NCBI GenBank assembly: GCA_001304315.1
Contig: LJUW01000063.1
Coordinates: 1-12,595, forward strand
DNA: 12,595 nucleotides
Direction of reading: 5' to 3'
DNA from: a candidate division Zixibacteria bacterium SM23_73_2
GTDB lineage: Bacteria; Zixibacteria; MSB-5A5; SM23-73-2
The position numbers and the translations under genes are program-made. The stretch's first letter is position 1. Each line of letters starts with the position of its first letter. A model generated the notes under the pieces. It saw nothing but the letters and a program-made list of their open reading frames with translations, was not told the DNA's origin and made no database searches. Shown in pieces: positions 1-6,191 of this stretch.

Positions 1-207
1 ATCGGAATCGAGCTTTCCACTTTGATGGGACATAAGGATAGCCACGTCATCTCCAGTGGAGCTTATGTAGAAATCCTTGATCAAGCCCTTGCCCAGCCCC
101 TCGGTTTTGACATGTTCCCAAACAGCTTCTTTCAATTTCTGGCTGGGTTTGATATGCCCCCCGATACTCCCAATATCCGCCTTGATAATGCTTAAGGTGA
201 TTTTCAT
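1..207 (-). CDS. Fructose-1,6-bisphosphate aldolase/phosphatase (FBPase class V), N-terminal 69 aa; the CDS continues beyond the left edge
   Basis: Reverse-complement translation from the ATG at 207..205 gives MKITLSIIKADIGSIGGHIKPSQKLKEAVWEHVKTEGLGKGLIKDFYISSTGDDVAILMSHQSGKLDSD. The MK.T.S.IKADIGS.GH start and the DYYI..GDD....M.H..G.LD block are the hallmark N-terminus of the bifunctional FBP aldolase/phosphatase. An RBS GGAGG (revcomp of 212-216) lies 4 nt upstream. The ORF track misses it because it is truncated by the window edge. Confidence 0.8.
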   Translation of the reverse strand, partial: MKITLSIIKADIGSIGGHIKPSQKLKEAVWEHVKTEGLGKGLIKDFYISSTGDDVAILMSHQSGKLDSD

Positions 208-534
208 AAATCCTCCTTTGAAATTGAAATATTAACTACTTGTGAAATTCTGTCTGAATGTTATGCAACAATTAAGAATATGTTGTGGAATCCCCCATCT
301 TATTTTATCGGTTATAAACGGAAAAGGTGAAAGGGCTGTGCAAAAAATTGAAAATTCAATCTTTAATTAATCTTCAACCTAAAGATAGTAATTTTCTTGT
401 TTATAAGATTAGATGCTATTCTGGGAATCTATGTACTTTTTTATAAATTTCACAAAAAAATAGTAAAGGTACAAGGTATCCACCTTTTTATATTAGATAC
501 AGGTAGGTCGGATCTCCAAATCTGACTACAGGAA

Positions 535-585
535 AGTCGATTTTAGAAAATCGATCCAAAGGATCAATCCTTCGGATCGACCTAC
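535..585. repeat. Left copy of a 26-bp direct repeat (AGTCGATTTTAGAAAATCGA + CCTACT), interrupted by a 22-bp hairpin insert (555-576)
   Basis: An exact 20-mer AGTCGATTTTAGAAAATCGA (535-554) recurs at 767-786. The 10-mer TCGACCTACT recurs at 576-585 and 783-792. With 555-576 removed, the two copies are identical over 26 nt. The 20-mer contains the inverted repeat TCGATTTT-AG-AAAATCGA. The insert TCCAAAGGATCAATCCTTCGGATCGA can fold as a nested hairpin (TCGATCC..GGATCGA outside, AGGAT-CAA-TCCT inside), and TCGA is duplicated at its edges. Confidence 0.6.
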
Positions 586-604
586 TATGATATTTTGCTT
601 ACCA

Positions 605-652
605 CGCCAGGTCAGCCTACTCCTGGCCAGGGGGTGACCTGGTGGGCACAAG
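605..652 (+). ncRNA. GC-rich extended hairpin motif, copy A (GCCAGGTCAGCCT ... GCACAAG); candidate structured RNA or REP-like element
   Basis: CCAGGTCA (607-614) pairs perfectly with TGACCTGG (635-642). Inner pairs are CC/GG and CCT-GGCC-AGG. The region is about 70% GC against an AT-rich background. The 13-mer GCCAGGTCAGCCT (606-618) and GCACAAG (646-652) both recur at 8647-8704. A T5 run follows at 656-660. Confidence 0.3.
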
Positions 653-664
653 CTGTTTTTCGTT

Positions 665-694
665 AGTGCAGGAATTGGAATTCCTGCACTTTTT
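665..694 (+). terminator. Rho-independent terminator, plus-strand orientation (AGTGCAGGAATT-GG-AATTCCTGCACT + TTTTT)
   Basis: A perfect 12-bp stem (665-676 / 679-690) is followed directly by T690-T694. The minus-strand complement has no U-tract, so it reads on the plus strand only. Confidence 0.65.
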
Positions 695-695
695 A

Positions 696-726
696 AAACA
701 GGTGGGGGAAATAGATTTCCCCCACC
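696..726 (-). terminator. GC-rich hairpin GGTGGGGGAAA-TAGA-TTTCCCCCACC with a U-tract on the minus strand; convergent partner of the 665-694 terminator
   Basis: An 11-bp perfect stem (701-711 / 716-726) has loop TAGA. On the minus strand it is followed immediately by UGUUUUAAAAA (complement of 690-700). On the plus strand the nearest T-run (737-743) is 10 nt away. Confidence 0.4.
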
Positions 727-766
727 AACTAATAAGTTTTTTTGTTCAAATTTTGAACAGTAATAG

Positions 767-792
767 AGTCGATTTTAGAAAATCGACCTACT
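767..792. repeat. Right, uninterrupted copy of the 26-bp direct repeat (AGTCGATTTTAGAAAATCGACCTACT)
   Basis: Exact match to 535-554 plus 577-585. The arms GTCGATTTT/AAAATCGAC form a 9-bp inverted repeat. It lies 232 bp downstream of the left copy. Confidence 0.6.
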
Positions 793-810
793 GAAATAAT
801 TATTTTTACA

Positions 811-838
811 TTGACATCTCCGTTATAACCCTTATAAT
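811..838 (+). promoter_or_regulatory. Sigma70-type promoter for pspC (TTGACA - 16 nt - TATAAT)
   Basis: TTGACA at 811-816 is followed by a 16-nt spacer and TATAAT at 833-838, about 88 nt upstream of the ATG at 926. The RBS AAGGAG is at 915-920. Confidence 0.55.
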
Positions 839-925
839 AAAATCAAGAAATAATCTTTTCTTGAATCCTTGGCAGGACTTCTTCGTAAAGAGAGTTGAAA
901 AGGAAATAAAAATTAAGGAGCATTT

Positions 926-1309
926 ATGGCTAAAAAACTTTACCGCTCGAAAACAAATTCGATGATCGCCGGGGTTTGCGGTGGATTAGCCGAGTATTTC
1001 GACATCGACCCGACCATAGTTCGGCTGGTTGCGGTGCTTTTGATACTGGCTCAGGGAGTCGGAGCAATAGGCTACATCATAGCCTGGATAATAGTTCCCC
1101 AGAGAAAAGAGGGTGAGGAAGCAGAAGCAGCCGAGGTGAAGGTTGAGGGAACTACCCCCTCTCAAACTGACACCCGACTTCTCCCCGGTCTTATATTGAT
1201 CGTGGTGGGAATCGTCTTCCTTCTGAACAACTTTGTGGCCTGGTTTTCCTTCGGCATATTGTGGCCCCTGGTCCTGGTAGTTCTGGGAATTTATATCCTG
1301 ATAAGGTAA
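926..1309 (+). CDS. pspC: PspC-domain membrane protein (phage-shock protein C family) with a C-terminal LiaF-TM-like hairpin
   Basis: The N-terminus LYRSKTNSMIAGVCGGLAEYFDIDPTIVRLVAVLLIL is the canonical PspC domain. The C-terminus GIVFLLNNFVAWFSFGILWPLVLVVLGIYIL carries the LLNN..W..WP..LGI motif that is shared with the N-terminus of the next gene. RBS AAGGAG is present. Confidence 0.85.
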   Translation: MAKKLYRSKTNSMIAGVCGGLAEYFDIDPTIVRLVAVLLILAQGVGAIGYIIAWIIVPQRKEGEEAEAAEVKVEGTTPSQTDTRLLPGLILIVVGIVFLLNNFVAWFSFGILWPLVLVVLGIYILIR

Positions 1310-1321
1310 AAGGAGCTTTTT

Positions 1322-2227
1322 ATGAATATATCCAGGGTCAGGAACGGAGTCCTTTTTATCTCAATTGGAGCAGTTTTACTTTTGAATAACCTGGACTACG
1401 TCAGCTGGTCGGTGTGGGTGAAGATACTCTCCTTATGGCCGGTTCTTTTGATTGCAATCGGAATCGAGCTGATTTTCAAGAAGACCCTTCTTTCTTTTCT
1501 TACCATCCTCTCGCCCATTTTAATATTTTTAGCGATCTTAGGTCCGGTCTGGACAGACTATACCGAGTGGAGGGTGGATTATCAGGTTGAAGGATACAAA
1601 TGGACTGAGCCTCTGGATCAGAAGATAAAAAAAGCTTACCTGAGAATAGACTTAAAAGCTGGAGATTTGAATGTTTCCTCGGATTCAGTTAACCTGATAA
1701 ATGCTGATCTGGATTACTGGAGCCAGAAGCCTTATACCAGCTACAGGTATTCTGAGGAGGACAACCTGGCTCTTTTGAGGATCAAGGAGTCAAGAAGGGA
1801 CTGGAAAGACTGGGTTTGGAAAGGATGGAGAAAAAAAAGATGGGGAATAAATCTTTCCAACCAGGTTCCATTCGATCTCAAATTATACTCCAAGGCTTCC
1901 AATGCCTATCTTTATCTCTCCGACATTTTAGTGGACGACCTTTTTCTGGATTTGAAAGTTACCGATTTGAAGCTCAAATTGGGCAAGCAGGATTACATAA
2001 AAGTCAAAATAGAATCGGATGCTTCCAAGATAAGGATTCAGATACCATCTGAGAGCGGGATAAAAATCAACTCGGATGCTAAACTTTCATCCACCCAATT
2101 CTCCGGAGATATCTCCATCTATTCCGAGGGTGACAGGTACGAGTCCTTAAATTACCAGAGCTCGCCTTACAGGATAGATTTGCAGCTGGATGGTGCAGTT
2201 TCCAAGCTTGTGGTGGAGACCTACTGA
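1322..2227 (+). CDS. LiaF-like membrane protein: N-terminal LiaF-TM hairpin (LLLNN...W..WP..IGI) plus a C-terminal beta-rich toastrack-like (DUF4097/DUF2154-type) domain
   Basis: The N-terminus GAVLLLNNLDYVSWSVWVKILSLWPVLLIAIGIELI matches the PspC C-terminal motif. The C-terminal half is rich in alternating beta-strand patterns (KVTDLKLKLGKQDYIKVKIESDASKIRIQIP...). RBS AAGGAG is 7 nt upstream. It follows pspC after a 12-nt gap. Confidence 0.6.
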   Translation: MNISRVRNGVLFISIGAVLLLNNLDYVSWSVWVKILSLWPVLLIAIGIELIFKKTLLSFLTILSPILIFLAILGPVWTDYTEWRVDYQVEGYKWTEPLDQKIKKAYLRIDLKAGDLNVSSDSVNLINADLDYWSQKPYTSYRYSEEDNLALLRIKESRRDWKDWVWKGWRKKRWGINLSNQVPFDLKLYSKASNAYLYLSDILVDDLFLDLKVTDLKLKLGKQDYIKVKIESDASKIRIQIPSESGIKINSDAKLSSTQFSGDISIYSEGDRYESLNYQSSPYRIDLQLDGAVSKLVVETY

Positions 2228-2297
2228 GGATTCTGTTTTCACTTAAAGAGTTTAAATCATAAATCGGGGTTTAGTTCTATCTTTTCTGCAAAAACAG

Positions 2298-2326
2298 TTG
2301 CATAGGATAAAAATTAGAATTATATT
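2298..2326 (+). promoter_or_regulatory. Candidate sigma70 promoter for hutU (TTGCAT - 17 nt - TATATT)
   Basis: TTGCAT at 2298-2303 is followed by a 17-nt spacer and TATATT at 2321-2326, about 100 nt upstream of the hutU ATG. Confidence 0.45.
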
Positions 2327-2338
2327 GTTTTGGAGGAA

Positions 2339-2359
2339 GTCACGAGCAAGACTCGTGAC
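2339..2359. promoter_or_regulatory. Palindrome GTCACGAG-caaga-CTCGTGAC at +5 to +25 of the hutU promoter; member of a 3-copy GTCNNGAG-N4/5-CTCNNGAC family (candidate operator or RNA hairpin)
   Basis: Perfect 8-bp arms. Same arm architecture as 4194-4213 and 4223-4242. It sits immediately downstream of the predicted -10, the classic repressor-operator position. Confidence 0.4.
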
Positions 2360-2429
2360 CTATCTTCTGGAGTGAATATTTAATAGATAGCGCTCCAGTC
2401 TTGCTGGGGCATCTTTCAGGAGGGTTAAA

Positions 2430-4139
2430 ATGGAATACAAGCCGATTAAAGCTCCCATAGGGGATAAGATATCCTGCAAATCCTGGCATCAGGAGGCAGC
2501 CTTGAGAATGCTTCAAAATAACCTGGATGAAGAGGTGGGGGAAGATCCGAAAGAATTGATAGTTTATGGAGGAACGGGCAAGGCTGCAAGGAACTGGAAA
2601 TGTTATCATGCTATTGTGGAAAGCCTGAAAGGATTGGAAAACGATGAGACCCTTTTGGTTCAGTCGGGAAAGCCGGTTGGCATTTTCAAAACCTACGAGC
2701 ACGCTCCCCGGGTTTTGATCTCCAACTCGATGATGGTCCCTGCCTGGGCTAACTGGGAGAAGTTCAGGGAGCTGGAGAGGTTGGGGCTTATCATGTACGG
2801 TCAGATGACCGCTGGAAGCTGGATCTATATCGGAACCCAGGGGATACTTCAGGGAACCTACGAGACTCTGGCATCGGTTGCCAAAAAACATTTCGGAGGA
2901 GACCTTTCCGGAAGGTTCGTCCTGACCGGAGGAATGGGGGGAATGGGAGGTGCTCAGCCCCTGGCTGTCACCATGAACGGTGGAGCGATTTTGGATGTGG
3001 AGGTGGACAGGAAAAAAATAGAGAGAAGGATTAAAACAGGCTATTGCGACCAGATGACCGAAAGTTTGGATGAGGCTTTGGGTTGGGTTTTAAAAGCAAA
3101 ACAGAAGAAAAAAGCAGTTTCGATTGGTCTTTTGGGAAACTGTGCCCAGACCCATCCGGAGATTTTGAAAAGAGGGATAATCCCGGATGTGGTCACAGAC
3201 CAGACCTCAGCTCACGATGAGCTTAACGGTTATGTTCCGGCTGGGATTTCTCTGGATGAGGCTTTGAGATTGAGAAAAGATAATCCAGAAGAATACATCA
3301 AAAGGTCAATGGAGTCGATTGCAATTCATGTCCAAGCAATGCTGGGCTTTTTAAAAGCCGGAGCAGTGGTATTCGATTATGGCAACAACATCAGGGGTCA
3401 GGCACAAAAAGCCGGGATATCGAATGCTTTTGATTTTCCCGGATTCGTTCCCGCATACATAAGACCTCTTTTCTGTGAGGGAAAAGGACCTTTCAGATGG
3501 GCAGCTTTATCCGGCGATCCTGAGGATATTTACCTCACCGACAAGGTGGTCAGAAAGGAGTTCAAGGAGGATGAACCTCTGGTCAGGTGGATAAAACTGG
3601 CTGGCAAGAAGGTGAAATTCCAGGGATTGCCCTCAAGGATCTGCTGGCTTGGTTATGGTGAGAGGGCTCATTTCGGCGAGATAATCAACCGGATGGTTAA
3701 AAGGAAAAAGATAAAAGCTCCCATCGTTATCGGAAGGGATCATCTGGACTGTGGTTCAGTTGCCTCTCCTTACCGGGAGACCGAGGGTATGAGGGATGGC
3801 TCCGACGTTATCGCTGACTGGCCCATCTTAAACGGTCTTTTAAACGCAGTTTCAGGAGCATCCTGGGTCTCGGTTCATCATGGTGGCGGAGTGGGGATAG
3901 GCAACTCCATCCATGCTGGAATGGTTATCGTTGCTGACGGCTCCAAGGAGATGAAAAAGAGATTGGAGAGGGTTTTGACCAATGATCCGGGAATTGGTGT
4001 AGCAAGGCATGCAGATGCTGGATACGATAAAGCTATAAAGGTTGCTCAGGAGAAAGGGATAAAGATACCGATGCTGAAGAGTGAGTTTAAAGTGAAAGAC
4101 AAGCCAGTTCCAATTCTGAAATCGTCTGAAGAGAGCTAA
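2430..4139 (+). CDS. hutU: Urocanate hydratase (urocanase)
   Basis: The 569-aa product matches full-length urocanase from the N-terminus ([42 protein letters not shown], and the C-terminal [23 protein letters not shown]). RBS AGGAGGG is 6 nt upstream. Confidence 0.95.
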   Translation: MEYKPIKAPIGDKISCKSWHQEAALRMLQNNLDEEVGEDPKELIVYGGTGKAARNWKCYHAIVESLKGLENDETLLVQSGKPVGIFKTYEHAPRVLISNSMMVPAWANWEKFRELERLGLIMYGQMTAGSWIYIGTQGILQGTYETLASVAKKHFGGDLSGRFVLTGGMGGMGGAQPLAVTMNGGAILDVEVDRKKIERRIKTGYCDQMTESLDEALGWVLKAKQKKKAVSIGLLGNCAQTHPEILKRGIIPDVVTDQTSAHDELNGYVPAGISLDEALRLRKDNPEEYIKRSMESIAIHVQAMLGFLKAGAVVFDYGNNIRGQAQKAGISNAFDFPGFVPAYIRPLFCEGKGPFRWAALSGDPEDIYLTDKVVRKEFKEDEPLVRWIKLAGKKVKFQGLPSRICWLGYGERAHFGEIINRMVKRKKIKAPIVIGRDHLDCGSVASPYRETEGMRDGSDVIADWPILNGLLNAVSGASWVSVHHGGGVGIGNSIHAGMVIVADGSKEMKKRLERVLTNDPGIGVARHADAGYDKAIKVAQEKGIKIPMLKSEFKVKDKPVPILKSSEES

Positions 4140-4193
4140 TTCCATTTACAAATAAATGAAAATATTTTTTGATTAAAAAAGTTATTTTGTGCT

Positions 4194-4213
4194 GTCGGGA
4201 GTTACCTCCCGAC
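4194..4213. promoter_or_regulatory. Palindrome GTCGGGAG-TTAC-CTCCCGAC in the hutU-hutI spacer
   Basis: Perfect 8-bp arms with a 4-nt centre. No U-tract follows, so it is not a terminator. Same family as 2339-2359. Confidence 0.4.
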
Positions 4214-4222
4214 GGTATAAGC

Positions 4223-4242
4223 GTCAGGAGGAAACTCCTGAC
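4223..4242. promoter_or_regulatory. Palindrome GTCAGGAG-GAAA-CTCCTGAC in the hutU-hutI spacer
   Basis: Perfect 8-bp arms with a GAAA centre. Its start is 29 bp from the previous copy. No U-tract follows. Confidence 0.4.
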
Positions 4243-4275
4243 ACCACCAAAGAGAAAACTTTTGTTCAAATGTAA

Positions 4276-5532
4276 ATGAAAGCCTCTTTACTCATAAAAA
4301 ACGTTAGGCAACTTCTGACTCTTTCATCAAACATAAAAGGTCCCCGGATTGGAAAGCAGATGGAGGATTTGGGGATCATCGAAAATGGTGCAGTAGCGGT
4401 GAAAGGGGAAAAGATAATTGCTGTTGGAAAAACAGAGGAAGTTTTAGCAAAAATCAAAATTGATAAGAATTCTAAAGTTATTAATGCTAAGGGAAAAGTT
4501 TTATCACCCGGTTTCGTTGATCCACATACCCACCCCGTTTTTGCCAGAACAAGGGAGGAGGAGTTCGAATTAAGAATCAGGGGTAAAAGCTACAAGGAAA
4601 TTGCCCAAGCTGGAGGGGGAATCAAATCTTCGGTAAGAGAGTTGAGAAAGAGAACCGAAGAAGAGTTGATTGAATTGACATTACCAAGGCTGGATAACTT
4701 TCTATCCTACGGAACGACCACTATTGAAGCCAAATCCGGTTATGGTCTATCTTTGGAGGATGAGATAAAAACCTTAAAGGTTATAAAGAGATTAAATAAA
4801 CTCCACCCCATTGATCTGATTCCCACTTTCTTGGGAGCGCACGAGGTTCCGGATGAGTATCGGGATAAAAAGTATAAATACATAGATTTAATTGTTAACA
4901 AAATGATCCCGGAGGTAGTCAGAAGGAAATTAGCGGTCTTCTGCGATGTTTTCTGCGAGGAGGGGGTTTTCGATTTAAAGGAATCCGAGAAAATATTAAA
5001 AGCAGCGAAAAAATTCGGGTTGAAACCGAGGATCCATGCCGAACAGCTATCGTCATTCGGCGGTGCTGAGTTAGCCGGAAAGGTCAAAGCCATCTCAGCC
5101 GATCATCTTGAACAGGTATCGGATAGAGGAATTGAGGCAATGAAAAAATCTAAAGTTATTGCCATACTTTTACCCGGAGCCACCTTCGGATTGGGATTGA
5201 AAAAATATGCACCTGCCAGGAAAATGATAGAGTCAGGTTTGCCCCTTGCACTGGCAACCGATTTCAACCCCGGCTCTTCCATGACCGAATCGATGCCCAT
5301 GATACTCTCCTTAGCCTGTGTGATGATGAGGATGACCCCGGCTGAGGCTATTTGCGCCTCCACCATAAACTCAGCCTATGCCGTAGACAGGGGAAAGGAT
5401 TCAGGAAGCCTGGAGGTTGGGAAAAAAGCTGATATAATATTGTGGGATGTAAGAAATTATAAAGAAATCCCCTATCATTATGGGATGAATCTGGTCTGTA
5501 AAGTGATAAAAGATGGTAAGGTAGTGAGATGA
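4276..5532 (+). CDS. hutI: Imidazolonepropionase
   Basis: The 418-aa product has GFVDPHTHPVF, the RIHAEQLS metal-binding region and ALATDFNPGSS, and is typical HutI/amidohydrolase across its full length. It directly follows hutU. Confidence 0.92.
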   Translation: MKASLLIKNVRQLLTLSSNIKGPRIGKQMEDLGIIENGAVAVKGEKIIAVGKTEEVLAKIKIDKNSKVINAKGKVLSPGFVDPHTHPVFARTREEEFELRIRGKSYKEIAQAGGGIKSSVRELRKRTEEELIELTLPRLDNFLSYGTTTIEAKSGYGLSLEDEIKTLKVIKRLNKLHPIDLIPTFLGAHEVPDEYRDKKYKYIDLIVNKMIPEVVRRKLAVFCDVFCEEGVFDLKESEKILKAAKKFGLKPRIHAEQLSSFGGAELAGKVKAISADHLEQVSDRGIEAMKKSKVIAILLPGATFGLGLKKYAPARKMIESGLPLALATDFNPGSSMTESMPMILSLACVMMRMTPAEAICASTINSAYAVDRGKDSGSLEVGKKADIILWDVRNYKEIPYHYGMNLVCKVIKDGKVVR

Positions 5533-6041
5533 TAAAAAAAGAATATCTTTTGATATTTTTAATTTTCATAAGCTGTGGATATTATTCCTTTACCGGAGAG
5601 TCTTTGCCCGGAATCAAAACCGTAGCCATACCCATGTTTGAAAACCAGACCTTGGAATACGGAATTGCTGAGAGCCTGACCGATTCCTTGGTGAGCGTTT
5701 TTGTATCGGATAATACCCTTAAGGTCGTTGATGAGAAGGTGGCCGATTCTATCCTTCGTGGTAGTATAAAAGAATACCAGAGAATTGCCCACACCTATGA
5801 CCAGGACGAGGAGGTGAAGGAATACAAGGTAAGGATTTTCGTGGACGTGACCTTTGAGGCTAAAAAGAAAAAAGAGACCATCTGGGAAAAAAAAGATATG
5901 GAGGGTTGGGGAGTGTATTCGGCGATTCCGTTGACAACCTCTGCTGGATTGGACTCGGTTGAAACCGAGGATTCAGGAAAGGCAAGAGCAGTAAAGAAAC
6001 TGGCAGATGATATATTGAACAATATCGTGAAGGGCTGGTAA
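5529..6041 (+). CDS. Lipoprotein, LptE-like (LPS-assembly lipoprotein family fold suggested); translationally coupled to hutI
   Basis: The start overlaps the hutI stop (ATGA at 5529-5532). It has a signal peptide with lipobox-like FISC, then IKTVAIPMFENQT...LTDSL...KVVDEKV-ADSILRGSI, resembling LptE/RlpB architecture. The assignment is from motif memory only. Confidence 0.45.
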   Translation: MIKKEYLLIFLIFISCGYYSFTGESLPGIKTVAIPMFENQTLEYGIAESLTDSLVSVFVSDNTLKVVDEKVADSILRGSIKEYQRIAHTYDQDEEVKEYKVRIFVDVTFEAKKKKETIWEKKDMEGWGVYSAIPLTTSAGLDSVETEDSGKARAVKKLADDILNNIVKGW

Positions 6042-6140
6042 GAGCTTATCTAAATAGAGGATATACAATTTATCGGATTCTCTTTTTGAATCGAGATCGA
6101 TTTGAGCGTCGCATTCGATTATACCAGGGAAATAAATCGG

Positions 6141-6169
6141 TTGACAGATAAAGAAATAATCGGTATTTT
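6141..6169 (+). promoter_or_regulatory. Candidate sigma70 promoter (TTGACA - 17 nt - TATTTT) for the PorV-like gene
   Basis: TTGACA at 6141-6146 is followed by a 17-nt spacer and TATTTT at 6164-6169, about 25 nt upstream of RBS AGAGGAAAAG and the ATG at 6192. Confidence 0.45.
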
Positions 6170-6191
6170 GCGTAAATAGAAAGAGGAAAAG

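Noticed and set aside
529-545. AGGAAAGTCGATTTT resembles the RNase P RNA conserved AGGAAAGUCCGGGC segment.
   Set aside because: The match ends after GAAAGUC and none of the other universal RNase P blocks are present nearby.
587-637. A 16-codon mini-ORF (ATG at 587, stop TGA at 635) running through the GC-rich hairpin.
   Set aside because: It has no RBS, is very short, and the sequence is better explained by RNA secondary structure.
2340-2891. A 183-aa minus-strand ORF overlapping hutU. Similar antisense or alternate-frame ORFs occur at 1816-2052, 3852-4145, 4087-4269, 4266-4457, 4740-5093, 5103-5366, 5348-5569, 5559-5794, 5795-6022, 7448-7636, 7590-7793, 9131-9370, 9734-9916, 10458-10790 and 10928-11484.
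   Set aside because: All lie inside or antisense to well-supported CDSs (hutU, hutI, the lipoprotein, the SPFH gene and the beta-helix gene). Their products are low-complexity or Ser/Pro/Arg-rich with no RBS. They are typical shadow ORFs.
738-4272. Shared 12-mer TTTTGTTCAAAT at 738-751 and 4259-4270.
   Set aside because: Exact 12-mer repeats are expected several times by chance in a 12.6-kb AT-rich window. There is no extended similarity beyond the 12-mer.
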